Source: Planctomycetota bacterium
GTDB lineage: Bacteria > Planctomycetota > Brocadiia > JAADGH01
DNA length: 64,000 nucleotides
Direction: 5' to 3'
NCBI GenBank assembly: GCA_040755855.1
Contig: JBFMAD010000005.1
Span: 128,001-192,000 of the forward strand
The translations under genes were made by a program, and so were the position numbers. The notes beneath the pieces were generated by a model. That model had not been told where the DNA came from and did no database searches. It saw only the letters and a list, made by a program, of their open reading frames with translations. Below, one piece after another: positions 17,309 to 25,832 of this stretch; positions within the stretch are counted from its first letter, which is position 1; every line of letters starts with the position of its first letter.

Positions 17309-19216
17309 ATGGCAAAGAAGCCCCGGCGCAAGATACCTCCTGATAGAGAATCTGCCCTCCTCTGGGGGTGCGACAGCACGTGCAGCATGTGCACGAATGA
17401 GCGGCTTCCGCCGTACATTATTCACCATATTGATGGGAATCGGAACAACAATTCCATTGACAACCTCATCGCGCTCTGCCTGAAATGCCACGCCCTCGCC
17501 GAATCCCGCAGCCGGACAGCCAGATACCCTGAAGGGCAGACGTTGAAGGATCTGAAGGCCAAGTGGGAGGGGATTGTCGTCCAGCGCAGAAAGCTCCAGG
17601 CCCTTCCAAGAGGCATGATGGTAAGGGAAACTCAAGACCAATCGGGCCGCACAACGCGTGAGTATCTTTGGCAAGCGTCTTACGTCAATGGTCGCGCCGA
17701 AGAGGCCATCCAGGCTGCGCAGAAGATAGACCCCAAAGTAATGGACTCTCTGGAAGGCAAGTTGGCTCAGGAACTTGCCAGGCGTCCGAACAAGAAGAGA
17801 GCGAATAAGGCTGCGAGCCTGCTAAAACGGAAGTCATCTATGAAGGGCCTCACGAGGGAAGACAGAGCCCGTCAGTATTCCTTGAGTATGGCGATGGGGC
17901 AGTTTCTCTTCCGGCGGCAGGAATACGCGGACGCCATAGCGTCCTATCAGACGGCTCACGAGCAGGCAACAATACTACAGAATTCTGATTTGGTATTCCT
18001 CAGCATGTTCGACCTTGGTGCGGCGTACGGCATGTCAGGCAACTACGATGAAGCCTACGGTCTTTGTGAGAGAGCGGTTGAACTGCGACCGAAGGACGCT
18101 GAGGCGCACTGTAATCTCGGGGTTGCCTTGGGACGCAAGGGGGATAATGAAGGGGCAATCGCGGAATTTCGGGAGGCGATCCGGCTCGATCAGAACTACG
18201 CCAAAGCGCATTACGACCTCGGTCTTGCCTTGGGACAGAAGCGGGACACGGAAGGGGAGATCGCCCAATACCGTGAGGTTATCCGGCTCAAGCCGGACTA
18301 TGCCGAAGCCCACTACAACTTGGGTGTTTCGCTCGCAGAAAAAGGGGACATGGAGGGGGAGACCGCAGCATACCGGGAGGCCATCCGCCTCAAGCCGGAC
18401 TATGCCGAAGCGCATTCCAACCTTGGCGTTGTCTTGAGAGAGGAAGGGGATGTGGAAGGAGCGATCGCGGCATACCGGAGGGCCATCCGGATCAAGCCGG
18501 ACCTGGCTGAGGCGCATTACAACCTTGGCGCTGCCCTGTTTCAGGCAGGAAGATATGAGGACGGCATCGCATCCTATGAGAAGGCCATTCGCTTGAGGCA
18601 CAAGTTGACTGATCGGGGAAGAGCGGCCTGTCTGAATTTAGTGGGGTCTGGGATAGACCGCGCAATGGTTTTACTCAAAGGGGAAAACACCAGAGGGGCG
18701 TCCAAAATCCTTGAGAAGATTCGACGGGTATATCTTGATACTAAAGGCGACGTGGATATTCACGGAGTAGTTGGGTATGCGCTCTCCAACCTGCTGGGCC
18801 GGCTCTCCGTGCAGGACAAAAAAATGGGCGATAAGATTCTCCGACGGCTTCGGTTGCCGGAGGTCGAGAAGATGCTGCCCGAAGGGCGATACCTTCGGGA
18901 GATTGCCATCCTGCGCGATATGCTTGTTGCGGGCTACGATCCTGAAAAGATCATCCTTTACGGTTCGTGCGCGGCGGGAGATGTGAGCGCGGGAAGCGAC
19001 ATTGACATGCTCATCATCAAGGAAGGCGTGGAGGGGAAGGACCTGGTCGAGCGGAAGTTGGAGGTGATGAAGCTCATAGGCGCGATCAATCCGGGTGTGA
19101 GGATCGAGGCGGTTGTGCATACAAGTAAAGAACTCCAGGATAAGTTGGAAAGCAGTTGGTTTTATCGCGACGAGGTCATAGGAAAGGGGTGGGTCATTTA
19201 TGAAAAACGAAGATAA
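17309..19216 (+). CDS. HNH domain - ~7 TPR - minimal nucleotidyltransferase (MNT) fusion protein
   Basis: CSMC..IHHIDGNRNNNSIDNLIALCLKCH; AEAHYNLG repeats; YDPEKIILYGSCAAGDVSAGSDIDMLII. Confidence 0.85.
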   Translation: MAKKPRRKIPPDRESALLWGCDSTCSMCTNERLPPYIIHHIDGNRNNNSIDNLIALCLKCHALAESRSRTARYPEGQTLKDLKAKWEGIVVQRRKLQALPRGMMVRETQDQSGRTTREYLWQASYVNGRAEEAIQAAQKIDPKVMDSLEGKLAQELARRPNKKRANKAASLLKRKSSMKGLTREDRARQYSLSMAMGQFLFRRQEYADAIASYQTAHEQATILQNSDLVFLSMFDLGAAYGMSGNYDEAYGLCERAVELRPKDAEAHCNLGVALGRKGDNEGAIAEFREAIRLDQNYAKAHYDLGLALGQKRDTEGEIAQYREVIRLKPDYAEAHYNLGVSLAEKGDMEGETAAYREAIRLKPDYAEAHSNLGVVLREEGDVEGAIAAYRRAIRIKPDLAEAHYNLGAALFQAGRYEDGIASYEKAIRLRHKLTDRGRAACLNLVGSGIDRAMVLLKGENTRGASKILEKIRRVYLDTKGDVDIHGVVGYALSNLLGRLSVQDKKMGDKILRRLRLPEVEKMLPEGRYLREIAILRDMLVAGYDPEKIILYGSCAAGDVSAGSDIDMLIIKEGVEGKDLVERKLEVMKLIGAINPGVRIEAVVHTSKELQDKLESSWFYRDEVIGKGWVIYEKRR

Positions 19217-19613
19217 ACTCGGACCATGGTTCGAGGACGCCGACGAAGATATGAGGGCCTATGAAGCTTGTCTTCAGGCCGGGATAGATCGCGCGGCGGC
19301 ATATCACCTTGAGCAGGCAATGCAAAAATACCTGAAGGGCGCATTGGATGAGATAGGCAAGTTTTCCAAGGGGGACAGGACGCATAACATCCCCGACCTG
19401 ATAAACAAACTCAAGACGGAGCTCCTTGAGGCGCGGCTTGCGGACTTTACGGAGCTTGGTCGGCGATTATATGAGATTTATCCTTTCCGCTATTTCGACA
19501 CGAGACCCTCCGAAGTCGGCCTCTCGGCAGATGTGCTGAAACAGTGGGCGGGGGAAGTTCGACGCCTGAAGGCCATTATCATAGAAGCCATCGAGAAGTG
19601 CCAGGAACAGTAG
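19200..19613 (+). CDS. HEPN domain protein (sacsin/PF05168-type)
   Basis: W---ADED, AAYHLEQAMQKYLKG, RTHNIPDL, FRY; 17-nt overlap with the MNT-containing gene. Confidence 0.85.
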   Translation: MKNEDKLGPWFEDADEDMRAYEACLQAGIDRAAAYHLEQAMQKYLKGALDEIGKFSKGDRTHNIPDLINKLKTELLEARLADFTELGRRLYEIYPFRYFDTRPSEVGLSADVLKQWAGEVRRLKAIIIEAIEKCQEQ

Positions 19614-19640
19614 GCGCGGGCATTGCAAGAACAATGCTGT

Positions 19641-19657
19641 CAATACTCCATTACCCC
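19641..19657 (-). repeat. Inverted copy of the octamer repeat (CAATACTCCATTACCCC)
   Basis: Reverse complement matches 17195-17211 at 15/17. Confidence 0.6.
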
Positions 19658-19674
19658 GGCAAATCGAGGGAATC

Positions 19675-20757
19675 ATGGACAAGGTCAACGTCGGTCTGAT
19701 TGGTTCCCAGTTCATCTCCGGCATCCACGCCGAGGCGCTGAAGCAGGTTCCGGATGCGAGCATTGTTGCGGTGGCCTCGCCTACGCGCGCGCATGTCAGG
19801 GCCTTCGCACGGCGGCATAAGATTCCTCATTGGTTCAGCGATTATCACGAGATGTTGGGGATGGACGATCTTCGGATGGTGGTGTTGGGTTTGCCCAACT
19901 ACCTCCATGCCGAGGCGACTATCGCCGCCGCCTGCGCTGGGAAGCACGTGGTGTGCGAGAAGCCGTTGTGCATGAACCTGTCCGAGGCGGACCGGATGAT
20001 CGCGGCGTGCAGGAAGAACGGCGTGAAGCTGATGTACGCCGAGGAGCTTTGCTTTGCCCCGAAGTATGTCCGGCTAAAACAGCTTGTGGACGAAGGGGCG
20101 CTTGGAAGAATCTATCACATCAAGCAGAGCGAGAAGCACGACGGCCCGCACTCGAAGTGGTTCTGGGACGTCGAGAGATCCGGCGGCGGAGTGACGTTTG
20201 ACATGGGCTGCCATGCGATCGAGTTCTTCCGGTGGATGCTCGGCCGACCGAAGGCGACGAGCGTCTATGCCGAGATAGGGACCTATGTCCACAAGAGCCG
20301 GACTAAGGGCGAGGATAACAGCATCATCCTGGTGAACTTCGAGGGCGGGGCGACCTGCATGGCCGAGGAAAGCTGGGCCAAGAAGGGCGGGATGGACGAC
20401 CGGGCGGAGGTTTACGGCGCGGAGGGGGTCGCGTATGCGAATCTGCTCATGGGCAACTCGATCCTGACCTATAGCGAGCGAGGCTACGGCTACGCCATCG
20501 AGAAGGCCGGCTCGACGAAGGGCTGGTCGTTCACGATCTACGAGGAACTCTGGAACTACGGTTTCCCCCAGGAGATGGCCCACTTTGTTGATTGCGTGAA
20601 GAACGACAAGGCGCCGGCGGTGACCGGCGAGGACGGGAGGGCAGTGCTTGAGATCATCTTCGCGGCCTACGCCTCGGCTGGGCGGGGGAGGAGGGTGAAC
20701 CTGCCGTTTCGAACGGGGGCGAAAAAGCCTATTGACCTTTACCTGCGTCCGGCGTAA
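19675..20757 (+). CDS. Gfo/Idh/MocA oxidoreductase
   Basis: VGLIGSQFI, KHVVCEKP, GGGVTFDMGCH. Confidence 0.92.
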   Translation: MDKVNVGLIGSQFISGIHAEALKQVPDASIVAVASPTRAHVRAFARRHKIPHWFSDYHEMLGMDDLRMVVLGLPNYLHAEATIAAACAGKHVVCEKPLCMNLSEADRMIAACRKNGVKLMYAEELCFAPKYVRLKQLVDEGALGRIYHIKQSEKHDGPHSKWFWDVERSGGGVTFDMGCHAIEFFRWMLGRPKATSVYAEIGTYVHKSRTKGEDNSIILVNFEGGATCMAEESWAKKGGMDDRAEVYGAEGVAYANLLMGNSILTYSERGYGYAIEKAGSTKGWSFTIYEELWNYGFPQEMAHFVDCVKNDKAPAVTGEDGRAVLEIIFAAYASAGRGRRVNLPFRTGAKKPIDLYLRPA

Positions 20758-20767
20758 AATTCCACCC

Positions 20768-21601
20768 ATGACTATTGAGTTCAAGTGCCAACATTGCCAG
20801 CGGATTCTCTCTGTGGCCGAGGATCAGGCGGACCGGGCCGTGCAGTGCGAGTGCGGGAAGTGGGTTGTCGCCCGCCGCAAGCGGGGACGTTTGTACCGCG
20901 CGGTTTCGCGGGCGCTGAACCCGATGAGCCTGCTCAACCGGGAGAAGAAGCCCGGCGAGGATGCGGCGCCTCAGGGGGATCAGGCCGACTCGATGTCTGC
21001 GGGCGAATCATCAGTAGAAGCGGCGCGGCCCGGCAAGCGAATCCACCTGGATAAGTCGCTGATCGTGATTGCTCCTCCCGATGGCGCGCGAGGGAGGGAT
21101 TGGTCCGTGTTGATCTCGAAACATGTTATGTCGGGGGAGACAGACGAGGCGACGGCTTACGCCTATACGCGCCAAGCAAAGGAGGCCCACGACGGCGGGC
21201 GGCACGCGGAAGCATTCGATCTATTCGAGGCCGGTCGAGATTGTTATGGGGAGTGCTGCCACACGCTGACCGAACGGGTGACAAAGGAGGGCAGCCCTGC
21301 GACCATCGAGCGGAACGAACGTGTTCTTGGCGATCTCGAACGTTGCATGTACAATTTTGCCGTGCTTGTCTGTGCTACGCGGGTGCCGACGGAGCAGGGC
21401 ATGGGTCGGGGGCGGAGCGGCGAAACGCGAATGCTGTTTGAAGAGCTGGCCCTTGCGGCGCGAATCCTCTCCCGTCCGAATGAGTTTTGGGTCCCCACCG
21501 TCGTATTCACGCGAAACAAGGAGCAGCTCATCAGCGAGATCGGTCGGTGTTTCGAGCGGTACGAGATGAAGCTCTCCGACTTCCTGAAACCACGGAAGTA
21601 G
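20768..21601 (+). CDS. Hypothetical protein with an N-terminal Zn ribbon
   Basis: MTIEFKCQHC...VQCECG, then a low-complexity linker and a helical domain. Confidence 0.7.
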   Translation: MTIEFKCQHCQRILSVAEDQADRAVQCECGKWVVARRKRGRLYRAVSRALNPMSLLNREKKPGEDAAPQGDQADSMSAGESSVEAARPGKRIHLDKSLIVIAPPDGARGRDWSVLISKHVMSGETDEATAYAYTRQAKEAHDGGRHAEAFDLFEAGRDCYGECCHTLTERVTKEGSPATIERNERVLGDLERCMYNFAVLVCATRVPTEQGMGRGRSGETRMLFEELALAARILSRPNEFWVPTVVFTRNKEQLISEIGRCFERYEMKLSDFLKPRK

Positions 21602-22718
21602 GTGCGAGCGCTTCGGCCAGCGGCGTATAGGCGATCCCAAACAGTTCCTCAAGAGGTTTCCACGTCACCTTTCCCCTCGCAACGACGACGCCGGCGGCAA
21701 GCGCCTTGTCCGACCGGACTGCCGCCTCGAAGCCCATGTCCGCCAGCTTTATCGCGTAGGGGAGGCTGCAGGCTTCCAGGGCCTTCGAGGCCGTGGCCGG
21801 AACAATGCCCGGCAAGTTCCCGACGCAATAGTGAATGACGCCGTGACGGACATAGGTGGGTTCGTCATGGGTGGTCTCGCGGGATGTCTCGATGGGGCCG
21901 CAGGGCGTCAGGCAGGAGACATCAATGATGATCGAACCGCGCCTCATGGATTTCACCATGTCCTTGGTGACCAGGTAGCGGCCTCGTTGCGGGAGCCAGT
22001 GGATGCAGTTGATGAGGACGTCCGCCTTCCGCACGGGCCGCGCGATGTTTCGCTGGGTCGAGACCCGCTGGGTTATGTTGGGAAGGAGAAGGTTTGGCGC
22101 GTAGAGCTTGCCGCCGAGGTGCTCCGTGAGCAAGGTGACGTTTGCTCCGAGCGCTGCGCACGTCTGAGCCGCGGCGCTGCCTGCCACGCCGCCGCCGAGC
22201 ACGACGACCTCAGCAGGGGGTGCGCCCGGCATGCTGTTAAGCAGGATGCCTTTGCCGCCGAAGAGGGTTTGGAGAAGCCTGGCCGCCGTGAGCGCGCCAA
22301 CGCGGCCCGCAATGTCCGACATGGGGCGCAGGAGAGGAAAGGAGCCGTCGGCCGAGTGAATGTTTTCGAAAGCCACGGCGTTGCATTTCTTCCGCATGAG
22401 TAGTTCAGTCAAGCCCTTGCGATAGTCGAGGTGCAGAAAGGAGTAGATCAACTGGCCTTTTCGGATCAGGCGGCTCTCTGCGGGCTGAGGCTCCTTTACC
22501 TTATAGATCATTTCCGCAATTCGATAGATCGCGGGGGCGGTCGGGAGAGTCGCGGCGCCGGTCGCTCGGTAATCGTGGTCTGCGATGCCAGCGGCGATTC
22601 CCGCGCCCCTTTGGATGAACACCTTGTGCCCTTGTCGCGTCAGCCTCTGGACGCCTCGGGGTGTGAGCGCTACACGTCCCTCTTGGACCTTGATCTCCTT
22701 CGGCACACCGATCTTCAG
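21531..22718 (-). CDS. ald: Alanine dehydrogenase family protein (probable CTG start)
   Basis: (M)KIGVPKEIK..EGRVAL, KVKEP, FLHL, PMSDIAG, GGGVAG, YCVGNLPG. Confidence 0.8.
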   Translation of the reverse strand: MKIGVPKEIKVQEGRVALTPRGVQRLTRQGHKVFIQRGAGIAAGIADHDYRATGAATLPTAPAIYRIAEMIYKVKEPQPAESRLIRKGQLIYSFLHLDYRKGLTELLMRKKCNAVAFENIHSADGSFPLLRPMSDIAGRVGALTAARLLQTLFGGKGILLNSMPGAPPAEVVVLGGGVAGSAAAQTCAALGANVTLLTEHLGGKLYAPNLLLPNITQRVSTQRNIARPVRKADVLINCIHWLPQRGRYLVTKDMVKSMRRGSIIIDVSCLTPCGPIETSRETTHDEPTYVRHGVIHYCVGNLPGIVPATASKALEACSLPYAIKLADMGFEAAVRSDKALAAGVVVARGKVTWKPLEELFGIAYTPLAEALAPTSVVSGSRRASSRTARNTDRSR

Positions 22719-22763
22719 GGCATTTTCTCCTGTGCAAGGTTACATGCACATGGCGGTCGCGGC

Positions 22764-22976
22764 TCAGGCCGGTTGCGACGAGTTATTGGGCTCTCGGGGG
22801 GGAATGGGCGGTTCGCCTTTTTGGATGTTCTCGTAGACTTCTTTGCGGTGAACGGGGACCGAGTTCGGCGCGGCGATACCGATGCGAACCTGGTCGCGCT
22901 CGATCTTGAGCACGGTAATCTCGATATTGTCCCCGATCATAATGCTTTGCTTCGATTTTCGCGTAAGTACCAGCAT
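22764..22976 (-). CDS. csrA: Carbon storage regulator CsrA
   Basis: [38 protein letters not shown]. Confidence 0.97.
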   Translation of the reverse strand: MLVLTRKSKQSIMIGDNIEITVLKIERDQVRIGIAAPNSVPVHRKEVYENIQKGEPPIPPREPNNSSQPA

Positions 22977-23073
22977 GGTTGAGCCCTCCGTGGCGTGCAG
23001 CGAACGGCGCAATACTCTATTTGTTCGCTATGCACCCCCCCTTGGTAAAAACTATCGTTGAAGACCCCTCCCG

Positions 23074-23874
23074 TCAGTAGTGAATCGCAGCCATCAGCGC
23101 CGCGCGGTTTTCCTCCCATGCGCCATCCGGCGTCACGCCCTTGCGAAGCTCGAGTGTCACGATCGGGATGCCCTTGTCCACTCCCACAAAGCTGCCGAGC
23201 GAACCGGACAGGTCGCCGAAAAATATGCCCACCGTATAACCGTTCTCGTGACCCATCGCCCTGGCCAGGGGGCCGGCGGGGCCGTTGAAGTCGAGCATCG
23301 GGCCGCGCTGGGCCTGATGGATCGAGATGACCTTGCCCGGTCGGTACTTCTTCAGCACCCAGAGCACGCCCCTCGTCTCCGGTTCGCTGCATGGATATGG
23401 CCCGCCATAAGTTTCGGCCCGCGCCCCCTGCGGACGCCAATTGATCGCCGGCAGGTTTCGGTTCAAATCCACACCGTTCGCGTTTTTTCGAGTTCCGCGC
23501 GCAAGCCCATCCGGATTCACCTCCGGCGCGACGACAACCAGCCGATTGCTCAAATCTTGATTGTTCGCGGCCAGATATTCGGCGAAGCGCCTTGCGAGAT
23601 CGGCGCTTACAGGTTCGTCGCCGTGATAGCCCCCAAGAATGAGCGTGACGTTATACCCGTGTCCCAGTACGGCTGCCCGGATCGGCCGTCCTTGCGCTGA
23701 GCGCCCGATTTCCTGCCACTTGACATGCGCCGTGGTGGGAGGCGTCGGCTGCTCAATCGCCTGGACCGAAGGACGCAGCGATGGCGCCCGACATCCCACG
23801 AAACCCGACACACTCACCAAGACCAAGAGCAGGCATTCGGGGCGAAAGCTCCCTTCCTTTGGGAGCGGCAACAC
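23074..23874 (-). CDS. M14 zinc carboxypeptidase, murein peptide amidase MpaA-like, probable lipoprotein
   Basis: HGDE, NPDG, RKNANGVDLNRN, SEPET, ISIH, TLEL; FVGC lipobox-like. Confidence 0.85.
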   Translation of the reverse strand: MLPLPKEGSFRPECLLLVLVSVSGFVGCRAPSLRPSVQAIEQPTPPTTAHVKWQEIGRSAQGRPIRAAVLGHGYNVTLILGGYHGDEPVSADLARRFAEYLAANNQDLSNRLVVVAPEVNPDGLARGTRKNANGVDLNRNLPAINWRPQGARAETYGGPYPCSEPETRGVLWVLKKYRPGKVISIHQAQRGPMLDFNGPAGPLARAMGHENGYTVGIFFGDLSGSLGSFVGVDKGIPIVTLELRKGVTPDGAWEENRAALMAAIHY

Positions 23875-23965
23875 GTTTCCTCCATTCTATGAACGGTCCC
23901 TTCGGCAAGCGCCGCGCGCGATTTCCCCCTGGTAAATGGCTGAACGTTGAGACCGGTGCGTGGAT

Positions 23966-23994
23966 AGTCTACGACTGAGCCGTTGCCATGTCAA
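23966..23994 (-). promoter_or_regulatory. Sigma70 promoter TTGACA-N17-TAGACT for the mpaA-like gene (possibly also csrA-ald)
   Basis: Near-consensus boxes in intergenic DNA. Confidence 0.6.
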
Positions 23995-24024
23995 GAAGCA
24001 AATTTGCATGAGGAGAAATTTCTA

Positions 24025-24963
24025 TCACCGCCGCCTCGGCTTGAGGAGAGGCGGGGAATGTACGGCATTTGATCGGAACTGACGGGGCGATACGCCGGCG
24101 ATGTCGCGAAACTTGCGGGCAAAGTAGCTCTGTCTGGAATAGCCTATTTCGTGGGCGATTTCGCTCATCCTGAGTTGCGTGTTGCGTAGGAGCTTCTTGG
24201 CGCGTTCGATGCGAAGTTCCGTCAGGTAGTTTGTGACGGTCATCCGGGTGACGCGCTTGAAGAGGCGACAGAAATAGGCGGGATTGAGGCGGATGGTCCT
24301 GGCTATCAGTCCGGCGGACAGGGGCTCGTTCAGATGGGTCTTCATCAGACCGATGGCCGCCTGAATGGGTTTGTATTGTCGCAGGACGATCTCCTGCTCG
24401 ATGGCCCGATCGCTCATGGACTCGGCGAGCTGGGTTACGGCGAGGAAGAGGAGTTCGCCCATGCGCTGGAGCCGCTTGGCGCTGATCCGCGGGAGCGATT
24501 CGTATGCCTGGCGAAGAGCACGGATGTCTATGTCGAGGTCCGATACTCGCCGTTGGATGTCGGCGAATCCGAGTTTGTCCTGGGCCAATGTGATGGCTTG
24601 GCCGCAGAAGATCGTGGCGATGTGTTTTTCCCGGGCGATGATGGGCACGATAACCTCTGTGGCGCCGGCGTGGCAGGTGTTGACGAACGGCCCTTTCCGG
24701 CGGCGGGCCTCGGCGTTCATGCGGTGGTAATCGTATCCGCCGCAGCTTTTCATTTTGGTGTTGGTCTTGACAATCTCGCAGAACCTGCCGTGGTGAGCGT
24801 GATAAATCCAGTCCAGGCGGTCCTCCGGCATAGGGGGTTGGGTCCAGGAGGGAAAGGAAACGCACGCCTGGAGGCCGCTCATTTCTTCGAAGGTCATTAG
24901 GATGCGTTGAAGTGTATTTCGTGGCAAACGGGTCATGCTCGCAGCTCCCCATCGCTTTTTCAA
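24025..24963 (-). CDS. AraC-family regulator with a PocR ligand-binding domain
   Basis: FCEIVK..C..CHAG..VPI..GQ PocR pattern; double HTH ending IGYSRQSYFARKFR; start TTG 24963 or ATG 24936. Confidence 0.88.
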   Translation of the reverse strand: MKKRWGAASMTRLPRNTLQRILMTFEEMSGLQACVSFPSWTQPPMPEDRLDWIYHAHHGRFCEIVKTNTKMKSCGGYDYHRMNAEARRRKGPFVNTCHAGATEVIVPIIAREKHIATIFCGQAITLAQDKLGFADIQRRVSDLDIDIRALRQAYESLPRISAKRLQRMGELLFLAVTQLAESMSDRAIEQEIVLRQYKPIQAAIGLMKTHLNEPLSAGLIARTIRLNPAYFCRLFKRVTRMTVTNYLTELRIERAKKLLRNTQLRMSEIAHEIGYSRQSYFARKFRDIAGVSPRQFRSNAVHSPPLLKPRRR

Positions 24964-25832
24964 TCGGGAAGCGAGGGGTTGTCGTCCGGTTGCGGCGTCT
25001 CCGCATGGGGAGGTTGGCAGGACGCGGGTTGCGTGGAGCCTTGCGGGGCCTGGAGAAGTCGGGCGAGATGAATGAGTTCACCTTCGGCGCTGTCGGCGAC
25101 ACAGGCCGAGACAATGCCGCCCTGCCGCCAGATGACGACGGCTTTTTTGTCTGCCGAGCCCACCGCGAGGTTGCCCTCGATCCGTGTGGCGTGGGACGAC
25201 GACAGCAACGGCTTGTCGGCCAGCATGAAAAGCGCGAGTGTGCAGGCATGGACCTTCGCGCCGCCAGGCCGGTGATAAATGACGCAGGCGGCGGGCCTTC
25301 CCATCAGATGACATAAGCAGCCGCCCACCAGCTGAAAATGCTCGGCAGCAAGCGATTGCACATGCAACGGAAAACCGAACTTTGCTCGAAAGTATGCTTT
25401 TACGGCTTCAGGATCTTGCGACACAATACTCATTGGCAGCTCATCACGGAGAAACTTACCGTGGCGGTCCGCTGAGGCAAGCATTAACGAGGATTCCGAT
25501 GAAGGAAGAAGCCAGTCGCGGATGGCGTCCCCAGAAAAGGCGAGGACGGCAAATGTGGCAAAGATACCGCCTACGACGAGCATCGCCGCGAGGGGGCGCC
25601 TTCGCGTCTCGCGTCGAGGAAGGGTCTGGCAGATTCGATCCGCCAAGCCTTCGGGCTTCGGCGTTCGCAAAAGGCTGGCGCGGATGAGTTCCCGGAGGTC
25701 CTTCTCCTCCTCAAAGCGCTCGCTGCATTCAGTGCAGAAGTTGATGTGCTCCAGGACGTCTAAGTTTGCTTCGACATCCAACTCATCGTCGAGAAAAGGA
25801 TGGATATACTTCCGCGCCTCTTCACAGTCCAT
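24960..25832 (-). CDS. Zinc-binding (zf-HC2) membrane anti-sigma factor
   Basis: MDCEEA..LDDEL..HINFCTEC, one TM helix, periplasmic LVGGCLC domain. Confidence 0.88.
   Translation of the reverse strand: MDCEEARKYIHPFLDDELDVEANLDVLEHINFCTECSERFEEEKDLRELIRASLLRTPKPEGLADRICQTLPRRETRRRPLAAMLVVGGIFATFAVLAFSGDAIRDWLLPSSESSLMLASADRHGKFLRDELPMSIVSQDPEAVKAYFRAKFGFPLHVQSLAAEHFQLVGGCLCHLMGRPAACVIYHRPGGAKVHACTLALFMLADKPLLSSSHATRIEGNLAVGSADKKAVVIWRQGGIVSACVADSAEGELIHLARLLQAPQGSTQPASCQPPHAETPQPDDNPSLPD

Noticed and set aside
18090..18600. TPR repeats as a CRISPR array or a DGR template/variable pair
   Set aside because: In-frame 102-bp coding repeats; no unique spacers, cas genes or reverse transcriptase, and no evident adenine-specific pattern
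23875..23960. Possible riboswitch in the mpaA-like leader (GGGGGAAATC...GCCGAAGG on the minus strand)
   Set aside because: Only fragments resemble glycine or lysine aptamers; the core elements and length are missing
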